NCBI GenBank assembly: GCA_009859145.1 | Contig: VRVR01000050.1 | Span: 62,001-126,000 of the forward strand | Origin: Andalucia godoyi And28 | Taxonomy: Eukaryota; Protista; Jakobida | Length of the DNA stretch: 64,000 bases | Direction of reading: 5' to 3' | Shown here: piece by piece, positions 52,465 to 63,986 of the stretch | Layout: each line of letters starts with the position of its first letter | Position numbering within the stretch: the stretch's first letter is position 1 | Made by a program: the position numbers and the translations under genes | The notes under the pieces: generated by a model | Database searches by the model: none | Told to the model about the DNA's origin: nothing | The model's input: the letters and a program-made list of their open reading frames with translations, nothing else

Positions 52465-55400
52465 TCAATCCAGTGGCAGTTCGGGGCCAGAAGGACGACC
52501 GCCGCGCCCTCGACCTCGATCTCGGCCTCGGCCTCGGCCTCGAAGCCCGGCACCTCTTCCACGCTCGGCGCTTCCTACACGAACATCCTCCCCAAGCCCC
52601 GCAGAATCTGCTGCTGCAACATCAGAAGCCGGTTGCCTGTTGCTTCGAAGATCCTGTGCAGACGAAAGGTTTCGTGACTTCTGACGATTCTCGGGCTTTG
52701 AGGTCTCCTGCGTCACCGGACCAGTATTCAATGGCAAGGGCACTGGGGCTATGTCCAGAGGAGCTGCACTCACAGTGGGAGTGTCCGCCTTGCGATTCTC
52801 ATTTCCTCCACGACGATGAGTCTGGCCCGGCTTCGATGCCTTCTGGCGCGGGAGTCTCGGAGCACCACCATCTACTTCAGGAGCTGGAACTGGAACAACA
52901 ACAACATCGGGGCCATTGGATCGGTTGGTTGCGGAAAACTTCTTCTGCTTCGGCTCACGATGCTTCGTAGTTCTGTCTATTTGCATCGTGTTGCGACTTG
53001 GCTTGCTCTCATTCACGGAGGTCGCTGTTGCTGCTGAACCCTCGTTTCCGGAGTCAGGAGAAGGTTCAGAAGGCAAACTACCAGGTATAACGGGCGGCGC
53101 TTGTGAAGCATCTCCTTTCCTTCCACGCTCGCCCGCTCTGTGCGATCTTGGATTATCGCTCGACGTTTCTGCTTTGCGTGAATTCCCACTCTGACGAGGC
53201 TTTTGCCGATGTTCGGAAGGCGGCTTGCTCAATGTCGCAGAGTGTGCCACAGGTAGATCCGTGTTTCCAGGGACGGTCATTCCCATGGGAACCGGAGTAG
53301 GATTCAACGGAGGAGGAATTGAGATGGCAGGCGGGCTACTAGATACATCAGATTTTGCACCAGCAGAGGAGCTGCTTTGATCCTTTGGATAGCGGGCTGA
53401 GCCTTCATGACGAGATCTTCCGCTGGAAGGACGGTCCATCCGACGGGGCTCAGTGGTGTCCGTAGTCGAAGATGGTGCGTCAGCCGCATGGTTCTCCAGC
53501 TGCTGCTTGCCACTCCAATAGGGTCGACTATCATTGGGTGGAACATTCTCACGAACCTGCTGACGGCGTGATGGATGAGGAAGCGGGGCGGTTCCCGGGT
53601 GCTCAGTTACATCATTCTGCTGGCCATGTTCAGAACGACCTCCAAATCGGTTGCTGTGCTTGCCTTGTCTTGAGGATGGGCCAGAGGCCTTGGACTGATC
53701 TGCAGTTCGAGAGTACTCTTTGGAAGCGCCCGCAAAATTCGGATGCTGCGAGGTGCCGAGGCTATTCTTTTGGGACGCGGATACCGAGGATACGGCAGAC
53801 GTGGAACCTGCAGCAGTTGCTGTTCCAGAAACCCCAGACACAGGAACAGTGGAAACTGGAGATGAAGACGCTGTTGCTTGCGGAACAGGCGCCGATGTCG
53901 TTGTGCCGCTGGCTGATGGATAGGAAGACTGGCTGAACAGCATCGAAAAGCTCAAGTCCTGCATGAAAAACTTGTTTGGGAAAGCGGATGAAAACAGCGC
54001 TGTATTTGCAGAGGAGTCCGCTTTCGGGTCTGCCTGCGGTACTGATCTCCCGAATGAAATTTCCGACCGCAGAGCTTCCTCTTCCTTATCTGACAGCAGC
54101 GAGGACAAACTGTGATGAGAAAACAAAACTGCACTGTCATCCGATTCGGAATAGTCATAATCATTGTGAATGGGCTTGCGCACTCGAGGATCTGCAGACT
54201 TGGGGCCACCTCGTTCATGAACCAAATGCGAAGAAGCCATAGAGGCGTGACCAGAACGAGGCGCGCTTGCAACATTCATGCTGTTCGCACTCTGTTGAGA
54301 AGCAATCCTTTCCTCTTCTCGAAGGTGTGGATATGCCGAACTGTGATAATGCTGTGAAGACGTTGCAATAGGCCTGTATGCAGAATGGGATCCGTGATGC
54401 AGAACCGCCGGCTGTGGGTGTCCCTGCGGCTGACGCTGCTGCTGTTGGTGCTGTGCACCATACTCGTGAACGCCTTGCATCGGCGCATTCATGTGCGAAT
54501 GGTGCTGCTGCGAGTGATGGTACGCAGACGGTTGAAAGTTTGCATGCCGAACCTGGGAATCATATGGATACATCGAATGACCATGATTCACAGTGTCAAG
54601 TGAATGTGAACTTGCAAACTGCTCCGGGCGCTGCAGATGTTGCTGCTGTGACTGCGCTTGTGCTTGTCGCTGCTGTTGCTCTTGATGCTCTTGCTGTGGC
54701 TGTGGCTGTGGCTGTGGCTGTTGGTGCTGGTGCTGGTGCTGCGCAACAGGTTGAATGTGGTGAAAAGATGAAGCAACAGGAGGATGCTGCTGTTGATGCG
54801 CGTGCACGGGTTGATGAGAATGGCTATGTCCACTGCTATGGCTCTGATTCTGTACAAGTGCCTGTGCCCTCCAAGAGGATACGCCTGTACCAGATGCGGA
54901 AAACGGGTGATATCCTTGATGTGGCTTCCAAGCATCATGTTGGTGTACCCGCCCATCTTCGTGGTACTGTGAATGTTCCGAAGACGACGTTCTACGGGAA
55001 GAAGCTGGTGCTGGTGGTGCAACAGCCGGATGCGGAGCCGCAGCGCGCTCTGCACTGGCAACTCTAGAAGACAGTTGCTGTGGATGTGAGTGACTGCCGA
55101 TCGCAGCATCTTGCACTGCAGACTCCGCAATGGAATGAACGGACGATGGCGGCGGCTGTGGAGGCTGCGGCTGTGTTTGCGGCCTCTTCAAAATAGTAAT
55201 CTTTGCGGTCGGTTGGAACACACCTGCTCCATTTCCGCCGCCTCCAGCACTTCCTGATTGCATAAACAATTCTGATACTCCTGGACCCGACCCGACACCC
55301 GGAGCTGCATTTCCTCCAACGTCAAAGCGAGATTGCCACGCGTTGGAGGATGGCTTCTGCTGCTGCTGCTGCCGCTGCCCTGAATTATCGAATTCGCTCG

Positions 55401-56373
55401 CAGTTGCATCATCGTTCAAAACAACTTGTGGCGAATGGTGCTCTGACGGAGCTTGAGGCTCTTCAGGCGATGCAAATCCCCACGAATCCGAGTCTGCCTC
55501 CAGCGCCAACAGCGATTTCATGCCGGCTTCGATCAACGCTTTATCGTCCTTTTCAAACACGTCCTTTGTCGCTCCAGAGGACGATGATGAGGAGGAGGAG
55601 GAGGAGGGGTAGGAAGTACCACCAGGTGGGCGGTAGACAGAAGTTGAAGAAGACGATGACAGGACAGCAGACGACGATATCACAGACGACGAGACTCGCG
55701 ATGAAGAAGAGAATGACGATGAACTCACCGCAGCTGGCTTCATTGCGACTTTGGCTACAACATCCACTGCGCGAAGCCCTGAAGACCATGCATTTCCACT
55801 GTGTGAAGCCAAAGCACCCGAGGGTGGATTCTGGCTGCTCGATTGACTTGAAACAGAACTGGCAGATAACGGCAATGTTGATGCTGACATTGGTCCTGAC
55901 GACGGCGCTGACGATGATGAAGCAGGAGAAAGAGAGTTCGTGACCGGCAAGGAATCCTTACTCGGCAGCGGTACGAAACTATTCGGATACAAAGATGAAG
56001 AATGCGAAGATGAAAAGGGCCGTCGGTTCGCTTGGTATGAATTCGCGAAAGCAGAAGGCGCCTGTGAATGGTTCGGATAATTCAGTGAAGACGTCGGTAG
56101 TGCAGAAGAAGTGTTTGCCGACATGGATCCGGCGAAGCCACCCGAAGACGACGCACTAGGACCCGCGCCAGTTGTTGCCACACCAGCAACAGCAGTACCA
56201 GCAGCAGTCGGCGTAGCAGACGATGATAAAGAGGAGGAGGAAGAGGAAGAAGATGAAGAAGAAGAGGAGGAGGAGGAGGAGGAGGAGGAGGAGGAGATTG
56301 GCTTCGTTGGTGGAATAGAAACTAGAGGAGGAGCCGTGACTGTGGGCATCCTATCCCGCCGTGTGCCTCTCAT
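52465..56373 (-). CDS. Large intrinsically disordered protein (S/Q/H-rich, RGG-like tail, SUZ-like ITILKRP motif)
   Basis: Continuous ~1300-codon frame from ATG 56373; RGRGRGRDRGRGRGG at the C-terminus. Confidence 0.7.
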   Translation of the reverse strand: MRGTRRDRMPTVTAPPLVSIPPTKPISSSSSSSSSSSSSSSSSSSSSSLSSSATPTAAGTAVAGVATTGAGPSASSSGGFAGSMSANTSSALPTSSLNYPNHSQAPSAFANSYQANRRPFSSSHSSSLYPNSFVPLPSKDSLPVTNSLSPASSSSAPSSGPMSASTLPLSASSVSSQSSSQNPPSGALASHSGNAWSSGLRAVDVVAKVAMKPAAVSSSSFSSSSRVSSSVISSSAVLSSSSSTSVYRPPGGTSYPSSSSSSSSSSGATKDVFEKDDKALIEAGMKSLLALEADSDSWGFASPEEPQAPSEHHSPQVVLNDDATASEFDNSGQRQQQQQKPSSNAWQSRFDVGGNAAPGVGSGPGVSELFMQSGSAGGGGNGAGVFQPTAKITILKRPQTQPQPPQPPPSSVHSIAESAVQDAAIGSHSHPQQLSSRVASAERAAAPHPAVAPPAPASSRRTSSSEHSQYHEDGRVHQHDAWKPHQGYHPFSASGTGVSSWRAQALVQNQSHSSGHSHSHQPVHAHQQQHPPVASSFHHIQPVAQHQHQHQQPQPQPQPQQEHQEQQQRQAQAQSQQQHLQRPEQFASSHSLDTVNHGHSMYPYDSQVRHANFQPSAYHHSQQHHSHMNAPMQGVHEYGAQHQQQQRQPQGHPQPAVLHHGSHSAYRPIATSSQHYHSSAYPHLREEERIASQQSANSMNVASAPRSGHASMASSHLVHERGGPKSADPRVRKPIHNDYDYSESDDSAVLFSHHSLSSLLSDKEEEALRSEISFGRSVPQADPKADSSANTALFSSAFPNKFFMQDLSFSMLFSQSSYPSASGTTTSAPVPQATASSSPVSTVPVSGVSGTATAAGSTSAVSSVSASQKNSLGTSQHPNFAGASKEYSRTADQSKASGPSSRQGKHSNRFGGRSEHGQQNDVTEHPGTAPLPHPSRRQQVRENVPPNDSRPYWSGKQQLENHAADAPSSTTDTTEPRRMDRPSSGRSRHEGSARYPKDQSSSSAGAKSDVSSSPPAISIPPPLNPTPVPMGMTVPGNTDLPVAHSATLSKPPSEHRQKPRQSGNSRKAETSSDNPRSHRAGERGRKGDASQAPPVIPGSLPSEPSPDSGNEGSAATATSVNESKPSRNTMQIDRTTKHREPKQKKFSATNRSNGPDVVVVPVPAPEVDGGAPRLPRQKASKPGQTHRRGGNENRKADTPTVSAAPLDIAPVPLPLNTGPVTQETSKPENRQKSRNLSSAQDLRSNRQPASDVAAADSAGLGEDVRVGSAERGRGAGLRGRGRGRDRGRGRGGRPSGPELPLD

Positions 56374-56998
56374 TTCCAATTTGCTGCTCGTTGAAGAAGA
56401 CTGTAAGAAGAAGAAGAATGAATGAATGAATGAATGAAAGACGCAAACAAGCGGGCCACTAAAAAGGGAAGCAAAGAGTGGATAAACCAAACAACAAAGC
56501 CAAATCAAGCCAGGTCAAGACTTCCAAAAAGCACCGAACAGAAGAGAAATGGAGAAGAGAAGAGAAATGGAGAAGAGAAGAGAAGAGAAGAGAAGAGAAG
56601 AGAAAAGGAGAAGAGAAGAGAAGGGAAACAGAGAGCACACTGCATGCCCATGGCACCAATTCCGTACGACGGTTTGCAGGCTAACGCTGTCCTTTTCTTT
56701 TTTTTTGGCGTCAATTGAAGCAGGATGTACACAATTGGATCGAGGTTTAGGGTTTCATCTGGAAAAGAAAAAGGGGGAGAATGGGCAACGCATCTCCGAG
56801 TAGAAAAGCCCCCAAAAAACTCGACTTTCGTCTTTGAAAAGATGAGAGTTTTTTACTGTTTGTCGAACTTCTCTTCTTTCATTTCTCTTTTAGTTTTTTG
56901 GTTTTTGGTTTTTGTTTTTTTTTTCCCCCCTTCTCTCCCCTCCTTTCTTCTTCTTTACGTTTCTTTTAATTTCGGAGAGAGAGAGAGAGAGAGAGAGA

Positions 56999-58795
56999 AT
57001 GGACAAGGTTCGAGAGAAAGTAAAGACGCTTGCTGTATACGATGACTTGAAGAATGCGGTTGTGAAGGCTACGAATCATGATGAAGTTGCGCCAAAGGAA
57101 AAGCACGTCCAAACGCTGCTGTCTGTTTCGCAGGGACAACATTCGGACATTGGATCGGTTGCGGACTTGCATCGAATGCTCATGAAGCGGATGCACACGG
57201 AAGAGTCGTGGGTTGTGATTCTAAAGTCTCTTGTGGTGTTTCATCGACTGTTGCTTGAAGGAGGTGGGGGATTCTTAGATCGTGCATTGTCTGAAGTTGG
57301 TTCATTGCGCGACGTTCGACGCTTCCAGGATGAAAAGTGCGAGCAAAAAGAGCTGGTGATGTTCATTCGGACCTATGCTTCTTTTCTTGCAGCGCATCTT
57401 GAGACGTTGCAAGAATCAGGTGGGTTTTACTACCACCGAGAAGGTGCTATGCCGTCGCAACTGCGCCTGCTTCCAGTCACGGACTGTGTCAAGGCAGTCG
57501 ATGCTATGCTTAAGGAGCTCAAGGCGCTTACAGAACTTAATACGACGTACACGGTCGTGTCGCACGAAATTGCACAGGCTGGAATCCGGGTTGCGCTGCG
57601 GGACTCCTTCCTGTTGTTCCGAGTCGTGAATGACGGAATCTTGCATCTGCTCGACATTTACTTTGAAACTCCCGTTGACAAGGCGAAGAGGATTTATGCT
57701 GTTATTCTGGCCTTTGCAAAGCAGTGCGATGACCTGGCTGCATTTTATGATCGAATCCGTGCCACCTTTGCATTCTCTGGGATTGAACTCCCGAATATTA
57801 ATCCAATCCCTGCAAAGGTCTTCCCATCGCTTGCGGAATACGTCGGTGAATCATACACTGGTGGGCTCAAGGGAGGCCCTTCGTATTCCCACAACGACGA
57901 AGACATTCCTGTTGCAAAACTGTCGGATTTGCTCAAGGGCGAGTCGTCAGCGGCATACAGCACTCCACCGAAGTCGTCCCCGGCAGTAAGTGTAATGGCA
58001 TCGTCGTCTGGAACAAAGAAAACGCCGACTGCGTCTCCAGCAACCTCCGCAGCGTTGGGATCAGGATCCGCGAAGAAGGCTGGACAGTCCTCAAAGCAAG
58101 TTTCGTCGTCGGATGCTGACGACTTGATTTCGTTTGGAGGAAAATCGGCTAACAGCGACGATTTGCTCGTGGGAGGCGGACACCAAAACGGAGGCTTTGG
58201 ATTTGGAGGACAGGCATTTGGTGGACAGCAGCAAGGTTTCCAGCAGCAACAACCACAGCAACGAAGTGGCGGAGATCCCTTTGAGTTTTCTGCTTCTTCT
58301 TCTTCTGGTGGAAACAAGTCTTTGTCGGCAAATGAACTTTTTGCACCTGCGTCGTCTTCACAGCCCATGCAACCACAACAGATGCAGCAGCAACCACAGA
58401 TGGGTATGGGTATGGGAATGGGAATGAATCCACAAATGGGAATGAATCCACAAATGGGAATGATGATGATGCGTCCAGGTATGGTAATGACTCCAATGGG
58501 CATGGCTCCTATGGGAATGAACCCTGCAATGGGAATGAATCCGGGAATGGGAATGAACCCTCAAATGGGAATGAATCCGGGAATGGGCATGCATCCGGGA
58601 ATGGGAATGAACCCTCAAATGGGAATGAATCCGGGAATGGGCATGCATCCGGGAATGGGCATGATGCGACCTACTCCTGCGGCAGCTGCTTCACCTGGAG
58701 TCCTGCAACCCACTCCCACGCCCAATAGAAATCCGCAGCCGACGTCAAATACCCCACAGAAGCAAGCGGATCCGTTTGATAAATTGTTCCAGTGA
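56999..58795 (+). CDS. ANTH-domain clathrin assembly protein (AP180/PICALM-like)
   Basis: AVVKATNHDEVAPKEKHV, WVVILKSLVVFHRLL, VNDGILHLLDIYFE, and DLISF/DPF/ADPFDKLF tail motifs. Confidence 0.93.
   Translation: MDKVREKVKTLAVYDDLKNAVVKATNHDEVAPKEKHVQTLLSVSQGQHSDIGSVADLHRMLMKRMHTEESWVVILKSLVVFHRLLLEGGGGFLDRALSEVGSLRDVRRFQDEKCEQKELVMFIRTYASFLAAHLETLQESGGFYYHREGAMPSQLRLLPVTDCVKAVDAMLKELKALTELNTTYTVVSHEIAQAGIRVALRDSFLLFRVVNDGILHLLDIYFETPVDKAKRIYAVILAFAKQCDDLAAFYDRIRATFAFSGIELPNINPIPAKVFPSLAEYVGESYTGGLKGGPSYSHNDEDIPVAKLSDLLKGESSAAYSTPPKSSPAVSVMASSSGTKKTPTASPATSAALGSGSAKKAGQSSKQVSSSDADDLISFGGKSANSDDLLVGGGHQNGGFGFGGQAFGGQQQGFQQQQPQQRSGGDPFEFSASSSSGGNKSLSANELFAPASSSQPMQPQQMQQQPQMGMGMGMGMNPQMGMNPQMGMMMMRPGMVMTPMGMAPMGMNPAMGMNPGMGMNPQMGMNPGMGMHPGMGMNPQMGMNPGMGMHPGMGMMRPTPAAAASPGVLQPTPTPNRNPQPTSNTPQKQADPFDKLFQ
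58400..58665 (+). repeat. 18-bp coding tandem repeat (GM[N/H]P[Q/G]M)n
   Basis: GGAATGAA[T/C]CC[G/T]... units in the ANTH protein tail. Confidence 0.9.
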
Positions 58796-58890
58796 ACCGG
58801 TTCTTTGGAACGAAATAAATACGACATTGAAGTTTCAAGTTATGCGTTCAAACATCCGTTTTTGTTTTTGTTTGTTTTTATTTTGTCTTA

Positions 58891-61875
58891 TTACAAAACA
58901 TGGGTCGCCGAGGCGTTCTGTTCCGCAGCAACCACGGCCTTCGCTTCTTGGAACATCTTTTGGATAATCGGACGCTGATCTTGTTCAATGCGATTCATCA
59001 AACTCTGCAGAAGACCCTTTCGGGTTTCCACATTCTCGGACTGGCTCCGTCCAAGTTTGGCAACTTCTTGAATGTACTCACTGATAGCAGACGATGCTTC
59101 CTCGCTGCCGAGGACTTGAAGATCGAGATCGAATCTGGAAGAAGCATCTCCGAATTCATTTCCAGATTTTCGACGCTTCGCAGAACGGTCCAACGACTCC
59201 AGCTCATCTGCTTTTCGTTTGGCTGCGGCAATGACATTTGCAGGAAAGCGCACCATTTCGGCAACATGAATGCCAAAACTGCGGTCGCAAGGACCAGGGA
59301 ACACTTGGTACAGGAAGGTCAGACGGTCGCCACGGTCAGTAAGAGCAGTAACGTGCCGATTGGCGACACCCTTCTTGTGTTGTTCCAATTTCGTCAGCTC
59401 GTGAAAATGGGTGGCAAACAGACAGTACGATCCAATCTTCGTCAATATGTGCTCTGCAATCGAGTATGCAAGACCAAATCCATCATACGTCGATGTTCCC
59501 CGACCAAGCTCATCAATAATGAGGAGGGAGTTCTCTGTTGCAGTGGAAAGGATGTTTGCAGTTTCCAGCATTTCTGCCATGAACGTCGAGATGCCGCGTA
59601 ACTGCGAATCTGATGCACCGACGCGGGCCATCACGGCGTCAACAATACTTAGCTCCGCAAACTCACAGGGAACAAAGGATCCCAGTTGGGCCATCAAGCA
59701 GATGATGCCAATCTGACGAATGTAGGTGCTCTTTCCAGCACAGTTCGGCCCTGTGACAATCGACAGCCCAGTTTTGCCCCGGATAAGGTCCACATCGTTG
59801 GCAATGAAAGAAACTCCATCTTGGACTTCAAGAGAAGGATGGCGAGCTTGTTTCATGCAAATTTTTCCTGTGGACGACTGCAACATCTTCGGGCGGACAT
59901 ACGGGGTCGGGGCAGACGCCGCTGCCTGAGCAAGGGCGCAAAACACATCGAGATCGGCAAAAAGATCCGCCAACGTTTGGAGAACCGGAATGTACGTACA
60001 GACGACGTCCATTGCAGTCTTGACAAGTTCCACAGAACGAACACTGTAATCTTCACATAATTGATTGTATTCGCTGGATACCTTGCGCATCTTCGGAGAT
60101 GTGAACAGTACACCATCCTTGCGCGTATCCAACGGAATGTATTTGCTGTTGTCTCGGATGCCGCGTTCATCCTTTCGGGAAACGCGAAAGACAAATCCAT
60201 GTTGCGTATGTTTTTCGAGTTTGAGAGATTTTCCCGCATCGAATCCAAGATCGTCAGCAGCTTCTCTCAGCAGCTTCTGCATTTGCGTTAACACGCCGTC
60301 CTTCTTGCCTTGGATATCCTGAAGATCAGAATCAAAATCTGCTTGGATCACGTACTCGTGCTGGAGAGCACGAGTCATGTCCACTGTCTTGCAGATCATG
60401 TCTTCCAGTGGCTGCAAATCATTTCCCGCTGATCCAAGCGGAATGGCAAACCGCGTTGAAACGGACGCCTCACTTACACCCCCTGTATATGACTCTAGTA
60501 ATCCGACCATTCGAGGAACGTGCAACGAAACCTGATAGAGGCGCACGGCATCTTCGAGAGTGCCCCGCCCTCGCACCAGCTTCTTGATGATGCGATCCAG
60601 ATCGGGTAGCTTCTTGATGTGCTCATCGGCAATGTTCTGCCGCAATACCGGGTCCGCAAGGAGCGCCTCGACAAGATCGTGCCGTTCCGAAATGCTGCCA
60701 AAGTCGATCAGCGGCTGTCGAATCCACTGCATCATTCGACGAGATCCCATGGCAGATCGGCACCGATTCAACACTCCATACAACGATGAGGTTTTCGAAG
60801 TGTCGGCTGAAGAAGGAAGTATGTTCAACGCTCGAAGCGCCGCAGCATCCAGACGCACATATGCGCCGAGTGCGTATGTGAACAAACGGAAGGTACCGAA
60901 ATTGGAATCATCTGCCAACAGTTCCAGATACCGGATAAGCGCCCCCATGGACTCCATAGCATACTTCAAATCCAGTTCCTTGACGTGGCGCTTCACATCA
61001 CCGGCGGCAATCAGCCTTCCAAGATCTTGTTCAACAGACGATGAAGAAAACGTGCTCTTGTTTCTCTCCGTCAGAACAATGCTCAGTTGATCCCAAATGT
61101 CATAGGCTGCCTTGGTTGCCGGTTGGTTCTTGTCGACGTACATGACAACTTCCTTCGCGCCGATTTGGATGGCGAGGTTGTGCAAATTCGTCAAACGTTC
61201 GTTGTCCACAAACTCGCAAACTCCAAAGGTCCGGAGTGTGGTATCCGCGAATGCAACACCTACAGCAATCGATCCGTCCACAGAAGCAAACTTCACAGCC
61301 ATTGAAACCGCAGATGCAAAATCTGCCGACGAGTTTAGGAAAATATCCTCAAAAGACTGCATATTTCCGGGAGAGGCACGTCTGGTGCAGCTCCAGGAAG
61401 ATCCAGAAGACGTGTAGAGCTCGACTTTGAGGTTCCGACTTTGCAAGAGGTCTCTGACTACTACCTCAAACATGTTTGCAGAGACGATGACACTCGGAAG
61501 GCCCTGTGGCTGGTTCGACGACGGTGACGACGCTACGTTCGACGCCGACCCGAGATATTTGACGACCGCAGTTGTGTGGAAATACTCGTTTGCAACAAAA
61601 AGTGCATTTTCTCCGTGGCAAGAATAGAAGGTCTGCAAAGATCAGCAACAGTAAGACCACTGTCATCATACTCTCTTTTTAATTTTTTTTAAAAAAAGGA
61701 AAAAGAAGAAGAAAAGACATTTCAAAGGAGGTGCAAAGAAAATGAAAAAGACAATAAAAACGCATACTTTTCGATCAAAGAACCGGACCAAATCAGGAGT
61801 CTTGGAAAGAGATCTGAAATACGAACAGAAAGACGCATCGCTTTTGGAATCAAAATCAAGATCCGGCTTTTCCAT
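58891..61875 (-). CDS. MSH2: DNA mismatch repair protein MSH2; exons 61875-61768 and 61632-58891
   Basis: Spliced junction FFDRK-TFYSCHGENA; TGPNCAGKSTYIRQ, STFMAEMLE, IIDELGRGTSTYDGFGLA, FATHFHEL, SFGIHVAE. Confidence 0.97.
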
Positions 61876-62089
61876 GAGTGTGTACCAGTTGCGCGCTAAA
61901 CAAGCTGAGCTACAGAGCTTGTGTTTTGTTTGTTTTTTTTAAATATAAATAAGACGGCAATTTTAAAAAATGGATAGTGTAAAGGAAGGGAAACAACTGA
62001 AAAGAAAGAGCAAGAAGAAGAAGAAGAAAACGAGAGTGAAGGATAAGGAAGAAAATGAAATGGGGTTTCCCTCGGATTCCAAAAAATGT

Positions 62090-62109
62090 GGCGGGAATTT
62101 GGCGGGAGC
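62090..62109. promoter_or_regulatory. Tandem E2F-like sites upstream of MSH2
   Basis: GGCGGGAA TTT GGCGGGA; also GCGCGCTAAA at 61891. Confidence 0.45.
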
Positions 62110-62564
62110 AACAATGACAGTTGACATTTGGCAAAGAAATGTTTGGGCATTACCCTGACAAATCCCACGCCTTCCTCTCTGCCTGTCAGTCCTCCTAGAG
62201 GCACTGACGTTTCTGACCATTCCCCTAACAGCGGAGTGTCCCCAAGCTTTCATTCATTTTCTTTTGCACCAAAATGCCTGACCCATCAGACCATCACCAC
62301 TTCACACATCGACCCAACATTTGATGTTCTCTTCCTTGTCTCTTTGTTCTGTCTGTTCTGGCTTTAATTAACGTTTCTGTTGTTCTTGTGGCGCTGTCTT
62401 TTAATTCAATAGTTGTTTCTTTCTTGTAGGTATTGTTGTTTTGCTGTTTTGCTGTTTTGCTGTTTTGTGGTATTGTGGTATTGTGGTATTGTGGTATTGT
62501 GGTATTGTTTTGTGTTTGAAAGGTTGTTTTTCAGCAGGACAGTAACCAGCAAAGGAAAAAAGTA

Positions 62565-63986
62565 ATGGGCTCCCAAGAAGATAATCTGGCTAAAATAGCG
62601 GCCCTCGAGAATGAACTCAAAAGTCGCGACGTGAAGATTGGCGCATTGGAAGAAGAAAAGTCCGCGATTGAACGGCAGCTTCGTCAGAAAGAGCATGTTC
62701 TCGGCTCCGTGTCCCATGACGCTGAAGAGTTCAAGGAAAAGTGTGCGCGTCTCGAAGATGCGAACAAGCGACTTGCAGCGCAAATCAAGACGCTGGAAGA
62801 TGACAATAAGACTCTTCGCGAGGTGAAGACAGTGGAGGATACAATTCAGAACCGTGCGAAGACCCGTCCGTCGTCAGGGAGCTCCATTGTTGAGGAGCAT
62901 CTGGACACCATATCAAGACTGGAAAATGTGGTTTCTCTCAAGAATCGCGAAATTGAGGGCTTGACTGTGGAGCGGAAGACGTTGCAGAATCTTCTTCGTG
63001 AAAAGGATAAGCAGATTACCCGTATGGATAAGCAGTTGCAGAAGCTCGGAGAATCCCCCGTGGATCTGGCTGCGACGCATGCAAATCAGATCAAGAAGTT
63101 GAAGATGGATATTGTCGAACTTCAGGAGGAAAAACGGACTCTAATGGAGATCCAGCGATTGAAGAACAAGGCCATCGAGAATTTGACGCGTCAGTTGGAT
63201 GAGAAACTCTCCATCGACGAGCATATCCGTGAGCTCAGAGAACAGCTGAAAGCAAAAGAAAAGGAGTCGGAAGCTTTGGAACTTACAAACCTGGAACTGC
63301 AGCGTGCCCACAGGCTGCAGGAATCGGAACTTAGTCGCATCGAGGGAGCTTCGACGGATTCGGCTCTTCGGGCTTTGGAGGCAGACAAGCGCTACCTGCA
63401 GTCTGAGATCAAAAAGCACCAGGATGCGCGCGCGACGTTGGAAAAGACCGTTCGTGCGCAAGCAGTGCGCATTGAGAGTTTGACAAACAGACTCGAAATT
63501 GTTGCTTCTGCTCTGCGTGAGGTGAAGCATTCCCGCAGATCGCTGGGCTCCGTGAATGTTCCGGCAAAGGAGGCGGCGGGATCTGCATCGGACGCGAATG
63601 GAAGCAGTTCTTCGGATGGTTTGGTCGAAGATGAAAAGATCGATGCGCCACTGTATGAGCTTTTGCAAAAAGATGTCGAGGAGCTGAGAGCCAAGCTCGC
63701 TGAGCGCGATGCGTTGTTGGCGGAGAAGGATGAGTCCCTGGAGGCGCTTTCCCGCAACCTGGATATCTTGAGCTCTGCAAGGAGTGCAGATGCAAAGAAG
63801 AGCAAGAAGACCAACGAGGAACTGCAGAAAGAGATCAAGAAGATCCGCGAAGACCTCGCAAGAAGGGAGGACGAGTTTCGAGCAAAGGAAGTGCAACAAA
63901 AGAAGGACAATCAAAAGCTCAGACAAAAACTTGCAAAGAAGGACGATCCGAATTCGTCGACGTTGTCCGAAGTCGCTTCTCCCTAG
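62565..63986 (+). CDS. MAP70-like microtubule-associated coiled-coil protein
   Basis: IAALENELKSRD; LQEEKRTLMEIQRLKNKAIENLT; LEADKRYLQSEI; LYELLQKDVEELR...EKDESLEALSRNLDILSSARSADAKK. These parallel plant MAP70 blocks in the same order. Confidence 0.7.
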   Translation: MGSQEDNLAKIAALENELKSRDVKIGALEEEKSAIERQLRQKEHVLGSVSHDAEEFKEKCARLEDANKRLAAQIKTLEDDNKTLREVKTVEDTIQNRAKTRPSSGSSIVEEHLDTISRLENVVSLKNREIEGLTVERKTLQNLLREKDKQITRMDKQLQKLGESPVDLAATHANQIKKLKMDIVELQEEKRTLMEIQRLKNKAIENLTRQLDEKLSIDEHIRELREQLKAKEKESEALELTNLELQRAHRLQESELSRIEGASTDSALRALEADKRYLQSEIKKHQDARATLEKTVRAQAVRIESLTNRLEIVASALREVKHSRRSLGSVNVPAKEAAGSASDANGSSSSDGLVEDEKIDAPLYELLQKDVEELRAKLAERDALLAEKDESLEALSRNLDILSSARSADAKKSKKTNEELQKEIKKIREDLARREDEFRAKEVQQKKDNQKLRQKLAKKDDPNSSTLSEVASP

